A stretch of 64,000 bases of DNA. Origin: Naegleria gruberi. Lineage: Eukaryota. Positions 52,701-63,018 of this stretch are shown piece by piece. The stretch is taken from the NCBI GenBank assembly GCA_000004985.1, contig GG738866.1; one strand, given 5' to 3'. A program made the position numbers and the translations under genes. Below the pieces are notes generated by a model. It was not told the origin of the DNA. It saw nothing but the letters and a program-made list of their open reading frames with translations, and did not search any database. Positions within the stretch are counted from its first letter, which is position 1; each line of letters opens with the position of its first letter.

Positions 52701-54494
52701 TAATTTAGATTCAACTTGTAAAACTTTGAAAAAATCATACTTCCAATTATTAATGTTTTTCATGGTATTGAATGCCTTAACTAACAATTGAGGAATATGA
52801 TCAATAATAGAAATGTTCCAATCTGAAGATTCAAGCAGTGCTTCTCTATTTTGACTCAAAATAAAATCTGATTGTATCAAAAGTGGGAGATTGTAATCTT
52901 CTTTAACAGGTAGAAATGAGTGTAGTTTGTACCTTTTATCTACTTTCCATTCTTCTGGAAAAAATACCATAAGATCAGCTCTATGAAAGTTTGGTCTTTT
53001 TTCACACAATATGTTCTTCATATTAATACCATTCTCAATTGAGAAACCATAGAATTTTTCTGTGGTTGTTTTTGACTTGAATGTAGTAGAAAGTAAATAT
53101 TCATTATCCTTGCATGTCAATGAGTACTTGGTGGTATTCAATCCATCTTTGAAAATAATTGTCTTGATATTCTTCAATGTGAGAAGAGTGTACTTGTCAA
53201 ATATTGAATGATCAAATTTTTCAATTTCAATTTCGTATAAAGTACCATCAGAGAGGTTGAATTCTTGGTTTTCTTTTTTTGTCAAGTCTGTTGAGGTTAG
53301 AAAAACATCAAATCCATTTGATACCAAATGAACTTTTTTACAGACTGAAAAAATAGTTTTAAAACCAATTCCTTTCTCTCCAATTGCTAGTGTTTCTAAT
53401 TTTTTGGAAACCTTATCAGAGTCAGCAATACCAGATAGAGAGTATAAATTATCATAGGTAAATCCACATTCATTACTCTTGATTTTCAAAACCTTTCTAC
53501 TCTCATCAAAATCAAATTCTAAAATACCACCTTGTAGATATTCACTATCATCAGCATTTTGAATAAATTCCAAAATGAAATGGAATAAATTAGTGTTGAA
53601 TCCTTGTGAAAAAAGTGATCTAGCTGAACCAATTTCACTCTGCATCTTTTCAATCTTTCTTCTTACATTAAGGGGGATAGCTTCCAAATCTTCTTGATAA
53701 ATAGAGTTGACATCAATAATAAGGTTTGTTTGCTTTTCTCTGATTTTTCCAATTAACTCAACTGACAAGGCAAGACATTCATGCTGTTGATACTTTTTGA
53801 CTTGTTGGACAAACTCTTCAAAAGATTCTTTGGTCCAATAAATTTCCTTTTGTGAATCATCAAATATGATCATGGATTTTTCAAGCTTTTTTCTTTGTAC
53901 AACTCTCTTAAATTCAACATAATCTTCTTCTTCATCTTCAAATATTTCCAAATGAACTTTCTCTCTAATGATTTTAATAATTATTGCCTGTTCATTTCCA
54001 TCATAAATTGTGGTACCTAAAAACCCAATAACCTTTCTGATCAAATTTCCAAATGTATTTTCCTCTAATTTGATATAAAGTTGAGAAATCAAGTTAGTTA
54101 TGACCCCTTCCACACCATTCTTTCTAAAGTTAGTGACCATCTTTTCAATATTACTTTTCTTTAGGTTAAACAAGTTTACAGAAACCTCTTGATGATGATA
54201 AACTCCCATGTAAAATAGCTTCTTTTGAAGCAATTCAAACAGGATGTTCTTCTTGTACTTTTCAGTCATGACTTTAAGGCGTTCTTGAATTGACTTGGCC
54301 GCCTCTTGATCTTGAACATTGATAAATATTTTATCAAGATCTTGCAAAACACAACGAATGCCGTTTTCGAAAGGACTCTCTTTTGATTCTACTTTCATGT
54401 TGTTTTGTTTTTTTTGATAAGTAAGAACATGACATGTGGCAGGTTTAAAGCCTTGGTAGAACTTATGAATTCCCAACCCTTTTAAGACAATCAC
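49794..54494 (-). CDS. Giant (about 1550 aa) protein with an N-terminal sacsin/NOV-type HSP90-like ATPase (HATPase_c) module.
   Basis: The region reads LEFIQNADDSEY...GEKGIGFKTIFSVCKKVHLVSNG. This is the ELxQNAxDA ... GxFGxGFxSVF signature of sacsin repeating regions and NO VEIN proteins. Confidence 0.55.
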   Translation of the reverse strand: MIVLKGLGIHKFYQGFKPATCHVLTYQKKQNNMKVESKESPFENGIRCVLQDLDKIFINVQDQEAAKSIQERLKVMTEKYKKNILFELLQKKLFYMGVYHHQEVSVNLFNLKKSNIEKMVTNFRKNGVEGVITNLISQLYIKLEENTFGNLIRKVIGFLGTTIYDGNEQAIIIKIIREKVHLEIFEDEEEDYVEFKRVVQRKKLEKSMIIFDDSQKEIYWTKESFEEFVQQVKKYQQHECLALSVELIGKIREKQTNLIIDVNSIYQEDLEAIPLNVRRKIEKMQSEIGSARSLFSQGFNTNLFHFILEFIQNADDSEYLQGGILEFDFDESRKVLKIKSNECGFTYDNLYSLSGIADSDKVSKKLETLAIGEKGIGFKTIFSVCKKVHLVSNGFDVFLTSTDLTKKENQEFNLSDGTLYEIEIEKFDHSIFDKYTLLTLKNIKTIIFKDGLNTTKYSLTCKDNEYLLSTTFKSKTTTEKFYGFSIENGINMKNILCEKRPNFHRADLMVFFPEEWKVDKRYKLHSFLPVKEDYNLPLLIQSDFILSQNREALLESSDWNISIIDHIPQLLVKAFNTMKNINNWKYDFFKVLQVESKLHFSNVQFKTINLLQNIDCIPLLGGQTKYFEKPSNIILMGNSPINPYEAFGIETTFIILNKECIDTKFENEKLMFKQWDKLFTKFEKQHVVNLAKNLPYNLKFDKIVQLYKLFKHFNIGVKSLDFEIVPTRLQKLVKPSENILDCDLSKSSLLLLEKASNHCLDTSLKDYKHLISTTQHIQNLHVLSNEELFVLFHERKTLVSPICLTRDGEWLHPNQCYIHSKHTSYLEKAKFVDLESLVQILYKQKHEIYSTDNISNILIELGTKTVPTLFRQQSYSYNYEETLEFKELRKQYQTLESLIEYFDNNFSLFQNQINGIHNFLNKNIQNLYDPDLRKIFSDTIDYLPYIKNAKLKEGLRAKKEDLQAYQNLIMKTKSVSSIVHGLKSQFSTHIQKLLKTQPLLITTNGEFVVLDNNLFYSMDAKLQKYRPEWKEIHNSYKYGEINSILNTLSTSHYETILLDENPTKSDQQYFIEAIINTRRSSTSTAIVSLSGIYVTANNDKKIPLSKMYWDLSMREVFPIEVNELLLYNYFPNSTIIKNVIQSNDIKTLPDLCQILKTHLNSIVVNDISKLSNKELSQLEVLVSEGFSFSLPSSMIWDLLELKDIPFFRELDLSRRFGKLSNLVKYKDNNKERVVPEEKIREFLLSDNITDDQFLNVWKYCKRTCYKQKMLKFIYDNGLIVCHNRKHKKTELFKILSPELMVDFPALNLLQVDNKYNDFDISQEIPFHIICKEIEKLEKDTDNADNKCLVLYKEINRQIKNDRLDRAFCNNYKIFRSDKGIHFSEAIYYCDNEESYKQLQNVVDCLFVRNVTELSHFLQFFKIKPLSDTISYKHPKTTPSTTDCDNILKKFKVMVQNINKYLSRQGFTPKEMDLQIVQSLSVTAIIGNGNSCEISRDIHSDIENEVIYVMETNFEKAIFQDKRFIDSFLLFYPQLAEHLHHVLKLLIVSHGTTQDDTIDVVMSLILS

Positions 54495-54711
54495 TTCCGA
54501 TTAAATTATTAATTTTCATAAAAGGTTCGTGAGTAATGTTGATCTAATTTTCAAGCCTTCATGATTTATTCTTCGCCCGAAGGTCAGCACGTTGTATTAA
54601 TACTTTGCTTTAATTAACTGTTTCTTGTTTGTGTATTTTTTTCTGTTTGGTTTTTGGCGGGAATGAGTTTTTAAGCTTTTTTAAAAAAAGAAAACAATAT
54701 TTAATGCTAGT

Positions 54712-57700
54712 TTACAATGTCTTGACGTACTCTCCCAATGGCAAACTTGCCTTTCCAAACGATAAGTAGAATTCTCCATCAATTGATAAATCGACATTAA
54801 TATCCTCTTTTGAAAAAGCTAATGGTGTTGGTTGAGTTTCTTGTAGGTCTTCATGATTTATACTTATTGGAATAGATGATGATACAGGTGACAAATTATT
54901 TTGAATATCATTACCAGGATATGAAACAGGTGAAACAGGTTCATCTTCTCTTGCTTCTATTAATGGAGAAGTCAACTTGTTTCCTTTTGGCTTTTTTTTC
55001 AATTGAACTTCTAAAACCTCTTGTGTTTCAAGAATGTGTTCAATAACTATTGACAAATCATCTATTTGAGACTGAGCAACTGCTAGTTTGTCTCTTAATA
55101 ATTGGTTTTGATTAGTCAAGTTATGGATTTCAGAATCTCTAGTTCCCAACTCTTGCGAAAAGTAGGATTTCATTTCATCAAACTTTTTCTCTAAAACATC
55201 CAATTCATCTTGTTTCTTCTTTTTCAAATCTTTCATAAACTTTTCTAAATGATTAACTCTATTCAAAGTCTCTTGTTTTGGATCATCCTTAATAATTGAA
55301 GACATGGATTGATTCAAAGATGATTGATTGTTATAGCTTAAGCTTGTTACAAAGCTAACATTTGGTGACTCGGTTTCTTTTGTAATTTCAATCTTTCTGA
55401 TTGGTGAAGAATGACGTTCTCTTGATTTGCTCAAAAGAGCTTCAGTCTTCTTTAAGAGAACTACTTTTTCAGTATCTTCAGGAACAATGGCATCAACTGT
55501 TTCTTGGTCTATTTGAATTTGAGGATTCATGTGATGTACAACTGGTGGTGGATTTCTTGGAGGTGAAATAATAATCACCTCGTCAAACTTTTTTCTACTC
55601 GTTTTAACTTCTGGAATTGCAGCAACAAGCGTTGAGCTTGATTTCTCTTTCTTTTCAGGAAGACTTGTTAATTTAACTTCCTCTTTTGAAATGGTAGTTT
55701 CTTCACTTCTTTCTTTAACAACAACTGTTGTTGTGGATGTAGGTGGTTTATCTTTTACAGGGTCTGTTGTTGGTGCAGCTTTTTCAGAAGTAATGGAAGT
55801 TCTCGATCGTACCAAAGTAATTTGTTGGTTGGGTTCATTAGTTTCTTCTTTTTTGATTGGTACATTGGCGGATGGTTGTGGTGGATTTTGAACTGGTGGT
55901 ACATCCTTGGTAGGAGTAACAACCTCTGAAGTATCATTATTCGAAAGTAATGTTATACTAATTTCTTGTTTTTCTAATAGTTTCATTCGGGCATCTCTTC
56001 TTGCCTTATATCCAGCAAGTCTATGAGATGAAGGTTTTGGTTGTTCATCAGAATTTTTAGAGACATTAGTTGGCTCAATTTGAGGTGGTTGAACTGTTGA
56101 AGCTTCAGAGTTGGTTTGGACTCTTCTCCTCAATCTAGCTATTGGAGAACTGGCACCTCTTTCTACAAAATTCTTTGGATCCATTATGGTAATCTTTTTC
56201 CTTCTAAAGTCTTCACCAACAATTTTTTGTAATTCCATGTCAAATTCCAAATCTTCATCCACATGCTCAACTTGTTTTTTTGGCTCTGGAATGATTGGGT
56301 GATGATTAACAATTACTTTTACAGGTTCTGATACGATAGGTATTTGCTCTATAATTTCTGGCTCTGGTTCTTGCTCTTCAGGTTGCTCTGGTTCAAGTTC
56401 TGGTTCTGGCTCTTGCGTTTCAGGTTCTTGCTTTGGGTATTGATCTGAGTGCTCTAGTTCAGGCTCAAGAGGAGTAGAAATAATTTTGATTTCTTGTTTT
56501 GATTTGATGGTTTCACGAATAAATACTTCTGGTATTTTGATTGGTTTAATTTCTTGGATATTACGTTTTAACTCTTTCTTAACTTCTTGAAATAATATTT
56601 GATGATTCAAAAAAGCTCTTGGTTTGATTAATTCCTCTCTTGAAATTTCAATAATTTGTGGTTGATGGATTGGGTGTTGATGTCTAATTTCTTCTTGTAC
56701 AGGTTCTTCACCATCCTCTGATTCACTATCTTCAAAATAAGGTCTTTCATCCCTTTCCTTCTCAAAGTGTTCATGTTTTGGTAAGTCATAAACAACATTT
56801 TCAGGTTGTCTTTTTTCTTGATTATGAATATTAGATTTCAATTCTTTTTCCAAATATTTGATTTCCAATTCTAACAGTTGATTTTCCTTTTCCAAATCTA
56901 CAGTTTTCTGTAAATGAGCTTCCAGCTTTTCTGTTGCAGCTGTAGTAAACGACTCGTTCATTTCAAGAGGTTCCATAACTTCATCCTTTTGAATTGGTGA
57001 GAACATGTGAACTTCTCTTTCATCTTTGTTAGGTGATTCAAATACTACAACATCATCAGACTCCTCCATATAACTACCATAGGATGACTCTGAATCAATA
57101 CTTGTGTTAAGTTCCTTTTTCACAATTGGTGTTTCTTCAACTTGTAAAATTTGAGAAAATTGTTGAGATTCAGTTGGTATTGATACAGGAGTAGATTCTC
57201 CTTCTTCAAGTGGAGTTTCCTTAATTTCCTCCTTGATAGGATTTTGCTCTTCTTTAGGTTCAATTACTGAGATGTTATTAACAATTGTATTATCCATTAA
57301 ATCTTCCATTGTTCCATCTTTGGTTGGTGATTCAAATAATTCTTCATAATTGTTGTATTTCAAGTTTCTGGCTGCCAAGTTTTTAACTTTGATCTTTTCT
57401 TCCTCTGTTAAACTTGCAATTCTTTCAGAAGGTGTTGATGGTATTGTTAAAGTTGGCTTTGAATTGTTGATTTCAGTATGATTGAGAAGCTCCTTTTCAG
57501 TTTCAATCAAAGCAGAGATTTTAGAAATATCAATAATTGGTTTTTCAACCGCAAATTCTGGTTCCTTCTCTCCTTTCTCAATTGTAACTTCCAAACTCTT
57601 ATCATTTACCAATTCTTCTTCAAGTTTTGATGGTATTACTTCCTCAGTGTCATCTTTATGGGTTTCCTTGACTGGATCTTCCTGTTGAACCTCATCGGAT

Positions 57701-58263
57701 GAAGGGGTATCACTATGGATATTTGTTTCCGTATGTTCTGTTGTGTCCCTTGTTGGTATTTGTTGTTGGTCATTGTTAGGATCTTGTTGTGGAAGTTCCT
57801 TTGATTGTGTGCTCTCAACTGTAGTAGATGCTGTAGACTTTGTTTTCAACCCAGCAGCAGAACTTTTTGATGTATCCTTATTAGTTTTATCTAAATTTCG
57901 TTTTGTTGGAGTGAGAGGTGTTTTTGGCTTAATCCCTAAACTTGATGATGAAGGATTTGTTGAAGGATTCAAAGTAGTGGTGGTAGTAGTACTTCCTGAA
58001 GTGGTAGCTGAAGGTAATGGTTTCTTTTTCTTAAAGGCTGTTTTCAGGATTTCATCATAGACAGAAGAAGATTTTCTAGAGTCTAGCAATGGTGATGAGG
58101 AAAGAGGACCCGATGTAGTTGATACTTTACGACTTGTATTTCTCGATGAAATTGTTGTCATTGCTGATCTCTCAGAATACTTTGCCGAACCACTTGAATT
58201 ATTTGAGGAATGATTAGAAACGTGTGATAAGGCTGAGGAGCCTTTTCGTGGTCGTGTACTCAT
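54712..58263 (-). CDS. Large (about 1180 aa) acidic protein rich in Ser, Thr, Pro and Glu. It has a PEPE-type repeat (QEPEPELEPEQPEEQEPEPE) and coiled-coil segments. Function is unknown.
   Basis: It is one continuous ORF with no recognisable enzymatic motifs. The likely start is MSTRPRK after an A-rich context at 58263. Confidence 0.5.
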   Translation of the reverse strand: MSTRPRKGSSALSHVSNHSSNNSSGSAKYSERSAMTTISSRNTSRKVSTTSGPLSSSPLLDSRKSSSVYDEILKTAFKKKKPLPSATTSGSTTTTTTLNPSTNPSSSSLGIKPKTPLTPTKRNLDKTNKDTSKSSAAGLKTKSTASTTVESTQSKELPQQDPNNDQQQIPTRDTTEHTETNIHSDTPSSDEVQQEDPVKETHKDDTEEVIPSKLEEELVNDKSLEVTIEKGEKEPEFAVEKPIIDISKISALIETEKELLNHTEINNSKPTLTIPSTPSERIASLTEEEKIKVKNLAARNLKYNNYEELFESPTKDGTMEDLMDNTIVNNISVIEPKEEQNPIKEEIKETPLEEGESTPVSIPTESQQFSQILQVEETPIVKKELNTSIDSESSYGSYMEESDDVVVFESPNKDEREVHMFSPIQKDEVMEPLEMNESFTTAATEKLEAHLQKTVDLEKENQLLELEIKYLEKELKSNIHNQEKRQPENVVYDLPKHEHFEKERDERPYFEDSESEDGEEPVQEEIRHQHPIHQPQIIEISREELIKPRAFLNHQILFQEVKKELKRNIQEIKPIKIPEVFIRETIKSKQEIKIISTPLEPELEHSDQYPKQEPETQEPEPELEPEQPEEQEPEPEIIEQIPIVSEPVKVIVNHHPIIPEPKKQVEHVDEDLEFDMELQKIVGEDFRRKKITIMDPKNFVERGASSPIARLRRRVQTNSEASTVQPPQIEPTNVSKNSDEQPKPSSHRLAGYKARRDARMKLLEKQEISITLLSNNDTSEVVTPTKDVPPVQNPPQPSANVPIKKEETNEPNQQITLVRSRTSITSEKAAPTTDPVKDKPPTSTTTVVVKERSEETTISKEEVKLTSLPEKKEKSSSTLVAAIPEVKTSRKKFDEVIIISPPRNPPPVVHHMNPQIQIDQETVDAIVPEDTEKVVLLKKTEALLSKSRERHSSPIRKIEITKETESPNVSFVTSLSYNNQSSLNQSMSSIIKDDPKQETLNRVNHLEKFMKDLKKKKQDELDVLEKKFDEMKSYFSQELGTRDSEIHNLTNQNQLLRDKLAVAQSQIDDLSIVIEHILETQEVLEVQLKKKPKGNKLTSPLIEAREDEPVSPVSYPGNDIQNNLSPVSSSIPISINHEDLQETQPTPLAFSKEDINVDLSIDGEFYLSFGKASLPLGEYVKTL

Positions 58264-58384
58264 TTTTTTCCTTAATGATAAAAATATGAGAAAATGTAAC
58301 CGACAATTTTTTAAAATGAGCACACGTTGAAATTACAGTGAAAATAAAGTGAAATCTTATCTTACTATTATAATGTGTGAATCA

Positions 58385-61048
58385 CTACTGTATTGAAAAG
58401 AAATGTCTCACCGACTCAAAAACACTCTGCAGCTGTTCTTTTCTGTAAGAGGATTTCTTGGTTAAGCCATCAAGTACACCAACTCTTACAACAGCCTTAA
58501 CTGTATCAGAACATTCAGGGCATGAACAAGGATAACCATTTGATTCATCTCGAATAGTATTCCAACATTTTGAACAATAGGTGTGACTACATGGTACCAA
58601 TAAACATGGATCTTCATATAATTGGAAGCAATGAGTACATGTAAGTGATGAAACAGTTGCTTCCTCTGCTTTGATTAACTTTTCTATCGTTGCTTGGAGA
58701 TACTTTTGATTCTTATTTACATTTTCAATCATTTGTTGTTCACGTATGATTTGACCTTCATATAGAGATTTGTTATCCATTATTTCTTGTCTCAATTTAG
58801 AATTGTCAGCATTAAGGTTGGAGATTGTTGTTAAAAGTTGAGAATTCGTAGAATTCAATTCCCTCCATATTGTCTTTTCCTTTTCTATTTCAATTGCAAT
58901 TGCTTCATCCTTTTCCTTCAACTCCTTCTCTCTCTTTTGAATGGTTTCATTCAATTCAGAAATTGAACAGTCTCTATTTTTGAGGTTTTCTTCGAGTTCA
59001 ACAATTTTCTTGGATTGTTCCTCATTCTTTCTTTCAGCTTCATTCAACTTTGTTGTTGCAATATCCAGTTTTTGTAAAGATTCCTCATTTTCTTCCCTAG
59101 CTTTCATTAATTCAGAATATAAATGGTCACCATGATCTCTCTTAGATAGTGCTTGAACCTTTGTATTAAGGTCCAAATTCTCCTGTTGAAGTTTTGTTAA
59201 CTGTTGGAATAATTGCCTGAAAAATATTAACTTGGAAATAATCAAATATTGAAAACTTACTCTTTCTCTCCCATGGCTGATTCCAATCTCTTCTTTTGTG
59301 CTGATATGATATCAAGCTGTTTGTGTAAATCAAGATTTTCAATGGTCAAATCCTTGATTTGTTTTTCCAAAGTTGATTCCTTCTTTTCGTTTAATGAAGT
59401 CTTTAGAACATTTAATTCCTCTTCTAACTTTTTAACAATGACTACATAGTTTTCAATTTCATCTAGAAGATTTGTTACTTGGTTCTTTGACTTTTTCTCA
59501 GAGTTTTCACAATCTCTAACATAATTCTTAAGATCAGTTATTTGATTTTTAAGATCATTCACAGTTCGTATGGACTCTTTGGATTTAGCTTCTAATTGTT
59601 TAACATTGGCATCTTGATCCTCAATAATTTCCGTTTGTTCTTTAATTTTTTCGTTGAGTTCTCTTTGTTTTATCTCCAATTGATAAACTCTATCTTTATA
59701 TTCCGAACTGTCTGATTCTTTCTTTTGCATACTTTGTTGCATGGTTGAAATGTTTCGCTCTCGGTCCCTTTTTTAATTCTTTTAGCACATTTTTTTTCAA
59801 ATTTGAGAAAAACTTACTTTAGTCTTGCTTCCAGTTTCAAAATTTCAAGTCTTTTTTCCTCAAGTTCTACTTGAGATGAAGCATGTTTATCTTGCAAATT
59901 CCTAAATTATTTAGTATTTTGTAAAGTTAAGAACTACTTACTTCATTTCAATTTTGGAATCATTCAATTGTTTTAAAAAGTCAAGACTTCTTGTTTCATT
60001 ATCTCTTCTCAATGAATCCAAATCATTGATAAGACTTTTGATTTTAGAATTTAATTCAAAAACTGAAGATCTCAAAGAAGAATTCTCTTCTTCTAAATCA
60101 GCTTTCAAAGCTTCAACTTCTTTTCTTTTAATTATTAATTTAAACTTGAAAATACTGTTCAACCTACAAGCTTGTGAAAACATTTGTAAATTTTTCTTCC
60201 AATTCATGAAAAACTGTTTTTGGTACACTTGTGATTACTGTTTGTTTTAGAGTACAATTTTCATCCTTAATCCTATCCAAGTCACTTTTATATGTTTCGG
60301 ATTTGTTTTTCTCGCCTAAAATATTTAATTATTTCAATCAAAGATACTTACTTCTATACATGGATGATAATTGTTCAAAATTTCGTTGAATTTGTTCCAA
60401 AGAACCATTGCTCTTCTCAATTTCTGCCTGTTGGTCCATCACTTTTTGTTTTAATCTCTCAATGAACTCTTGATCCTCTTTCATTAATAAATTGTGTTTT
60501 CTTTCCCTTTCATTTTGAGACTTGTTAGACCTGCCAACTGAAATGTCAGGCAGAGTAATATGTGACGATCTTGGTGATGATTCGGTTGAAGCTGATGGAG
60601 TATTAGCCGAAGAAGAAGAAGTATTATTGCTTAGAAATCCACTATTAGATTTGGAATTGTTTTGTGTATTGATATTCCTAGTAGAGACTGGAATAAATCC
60701 CAAATCATTTATATTTACATTGGTATCATTATTTGGTGAGGTAACATTAATTGTAGTTCTAGGTTGTTGTTGCTGTTGATTTGATGGAAAATCGTGATGG
60801 ATTGTATTATTATTTGATCCCATAGGAGGGCTCTTATCCAACAATGCTGTTGTTGAGAAGGAAGATAAATTAGCTAGTTTGGGTGCTCTTCTTGATGATG
60901 ATGAAGATCCAGGCTTTTTCCTGATAGGAACAAAACTATCTCTACACGATGATGAAGAACCATTATTGTTTGAAGATGATAACCCAGTGGTTGCAATAGC
61001 CGAGTTCGACCTTAGTTCTCCCTTTCCAAAGCTATTGAATGAACTCAT
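58385..61048 (-). CDS. Coiled-coil protein with a C-terminal C3HC4 RING finger, a candidate E3 ligase of BRE1/RNF type. Its six exons are 60352..61048, 60168..60315, 59942..60124, 59818..59901, 59251..59767 and 58385..59216.
   Basis: All five introns (36, 43, 40, 50 and 34 nt) start GTAAGT or GTAGGT and close in frame. The RING reads CTHCFQLYEDPCLLVPCSHTYCSKCWNTIRDESNGYPCSCPEC. Heptad-rich Glu/Lys/Leu sequence runs throughout. Confidence 0.65.
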
Positions 61049-61237
61049 GATTTAATAAACGTGTTGTTACAAGAGAGGTTCAACCTAGATGCACCTAACT
61101 TTCAGGCGCTCGTTTTTTTTCAAGTTGTAGTTGATGGCTGTTGATAAAAAAAGCAATGAAAAATCCTTAATTTGTATTTCTCAACCCGATCTAAGAAACA
61201 GTAAATCTATTACAGATATTATATTCATCTAGCAAGA

Positions 61238-61308
61238 AGGGAGATAGTTCAGTGGTAGAACATGGGATTGTGGTTCCTAAGATCAGGGTTCGATTCCCTG
61301 TCTTCCTA
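61238..61308 (+). tRNA. tRNA-His(GUG): tRNA-His (anticodon GTG).
   Basis: The molecule folds as a cloverleaf. The acceptor stem is AGGGAGA / TCTTCCT, with one G-T wobble pair. The D-stem is GTTC/GAAC and the anticodon stem TGGGA/TCCTA, with anticodon loop TTGTGGT. The variable loop is 4 nt, the T-arm is CAGGG-TTCGATT-CCCTG, and the discriminator is A. No G-1 or CCA is encoded. A T5 run follows 3 nt downstream. Confidence 0.8.
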
Positions 61309-61452
61309 CACCTTTTTGATAATTTTAATAATTTTTATTGCAAACATAATTCCAAAAACTTTGAATTTTGAGTTGGTGCTTAGGTGGCGTAACATTAAGA
61401 AAATCAAGAGATGGGATCATTTATTGAAACGAAATGAATATTTTTACCAAAT

Positions 61453-62106
61453 CTAATGATAACATTCATCAATTGGAGGACAATTTTCTGGAATTTCAAA
61501 ATCACTATCTTCAACATATTCAATCATATCATAATATTTGTAATCTTGAACTGAATTATCAAAATACATTGTCTTACTCAACATCCAACAAGTATTCATT
61601 TCCATATTTGGTTCTCTCAAAGTAGTATATTCATATTTACCACCATACTTATCAATCATGGTAATAAAACCACTATTCTTACCAATTGTATATGGAGTAG
61701 TATTTTCACTTGTTGCTTCAATACATGTTTCTTTCCATTGATAATTCTTGGATTTGGAACATGAACATTTTGTTGGTTTAATTCTATATTCGATAGTAAC
61801 ATCATCCATTTTCAATTTCAATGTAGAATAAACCAATTCAGTTTGATTAGATTTGATAACAACTACCTCTCTCTTTCTAAATGATTTCATATCAACATTA
61901 TATATGACTGTAACACTATCAGGTTGATTGTTTTCTTCTTGCAATGATTTTTGATAGAATGTTCCTTTATAGGAATGAACAGGTGGTAAACAACATGTTG
62001 ATGCCTTAGTTGAAGTAGTAGCAGGTTTTGAGAAACCACAAACAACAGCAACACATGCAACGATAACAAATAGACAAGCAACAATAATCCTTCTATTGAG
62101 AGTCAT
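61453..62106 (-). CDS. Secreted or membrane-anchored protein of about 220 aa, ependymin-related-like.
   Basis: It has an N-terminal hydrophobic segment (IIVACLFVIVACVAVVC). The Cys spacing (CCLPPVH...C.C...C...C...C) and its length resemble ependymin-related proteins. This family assignment is weak. Confidence 0.3.
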   Translation of the reverse strand: MTLNRRIIVACLFVIVACVAVVCGFSKPATTSTKASTCCLPPVHSYKGTFYQKSLQEENNQPDSVTVIYNVDMKSFRKREVVVIKSNQTELVYSTLKLKMDDVTIEYRIKPTKCSCSKSKNYQWKETCIEATSENTTPYTIGKNSGFITMIDKYGGKYEYTTLREPNMEMNTCWMLSKTMYFDNSVQDYKYYDMIEYVEDSDFEIPENCPPIDECYH

Positions 62107-63018
62107 TTTTTTGAAAGTCATGAGTGAGAATAGAGCTATTCAATTGGTCTATTTAAGGTGAAATGATTAAGGACGGACATTCACAGTAGTTACGTAGATA
62201 TCAAGCCAAACAGTTGTTTCTAATTGGATCCTCACAACGATTATTTTCTTTCAAATTCCAATTCCTTTTTTTTACAGTAATGGATAAGGATACTGCACTT
62301 AAAATGGACATGAAATTTGTGGTAAAACCACATGACTTCTATGTGTTTCCAATCATATGAAAGTGTTTGAAATTGATAAATTTTATGATGGAGATTATGA
62401 ATATGAAATCAATATTTAATATTGTAATCATATAGATTCTAATTTCAAAAACTAATCAGTAGAGAATTGAATTAGATATAAAAAAACTATTTCCTTTGTA
62501 CGTACCTTACGAGTTTACCTATCTCTTATTTATCTTTTACTGATAGCAAAAATTTTCTCAATACATATGATCATTTGTAATCAGTTTATTATATTTCTTT
62601 CAATGATCAGCTAGTTCTCTTATATTATTTAGATTTAATAACAATAACCTATCCTTTCTTCTAATGATTACATATCAACATGTTTATAAACATTACTGTA
62701 ATGTTTATTGAATGTTTCTCTTTTGGAATGAATAGGTGATATAAATTTCATGGACCAATAACCCTTAATATTATTTGTTAGATGTGACACAAATGATTCG
62801 TGTATCAATAAATTTCTAATCTTCCAAAACAAGTCACTCCACATCCAAAATAAAACAGCAACTGTCACTTATCTAAAGATATTGTCATTGTCCATATTCA
62901 AAAAAACATCTGAAAGATATCCATATCCTAAACAATAACACACTAGCACTACTCTCTTAAATTCAATATATTCATTCAATATTCAATATATTAATATTCA
63001 TTGTCATCATATCTTTAA

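Noticed and set aside
59249-59449. Possible separate small gene on the plus strand within the coiled-coil RING locus
   Set aside because: The region is fully accounted for by minus-strand exon 5 and intron 5, and its splice phases are consistent.
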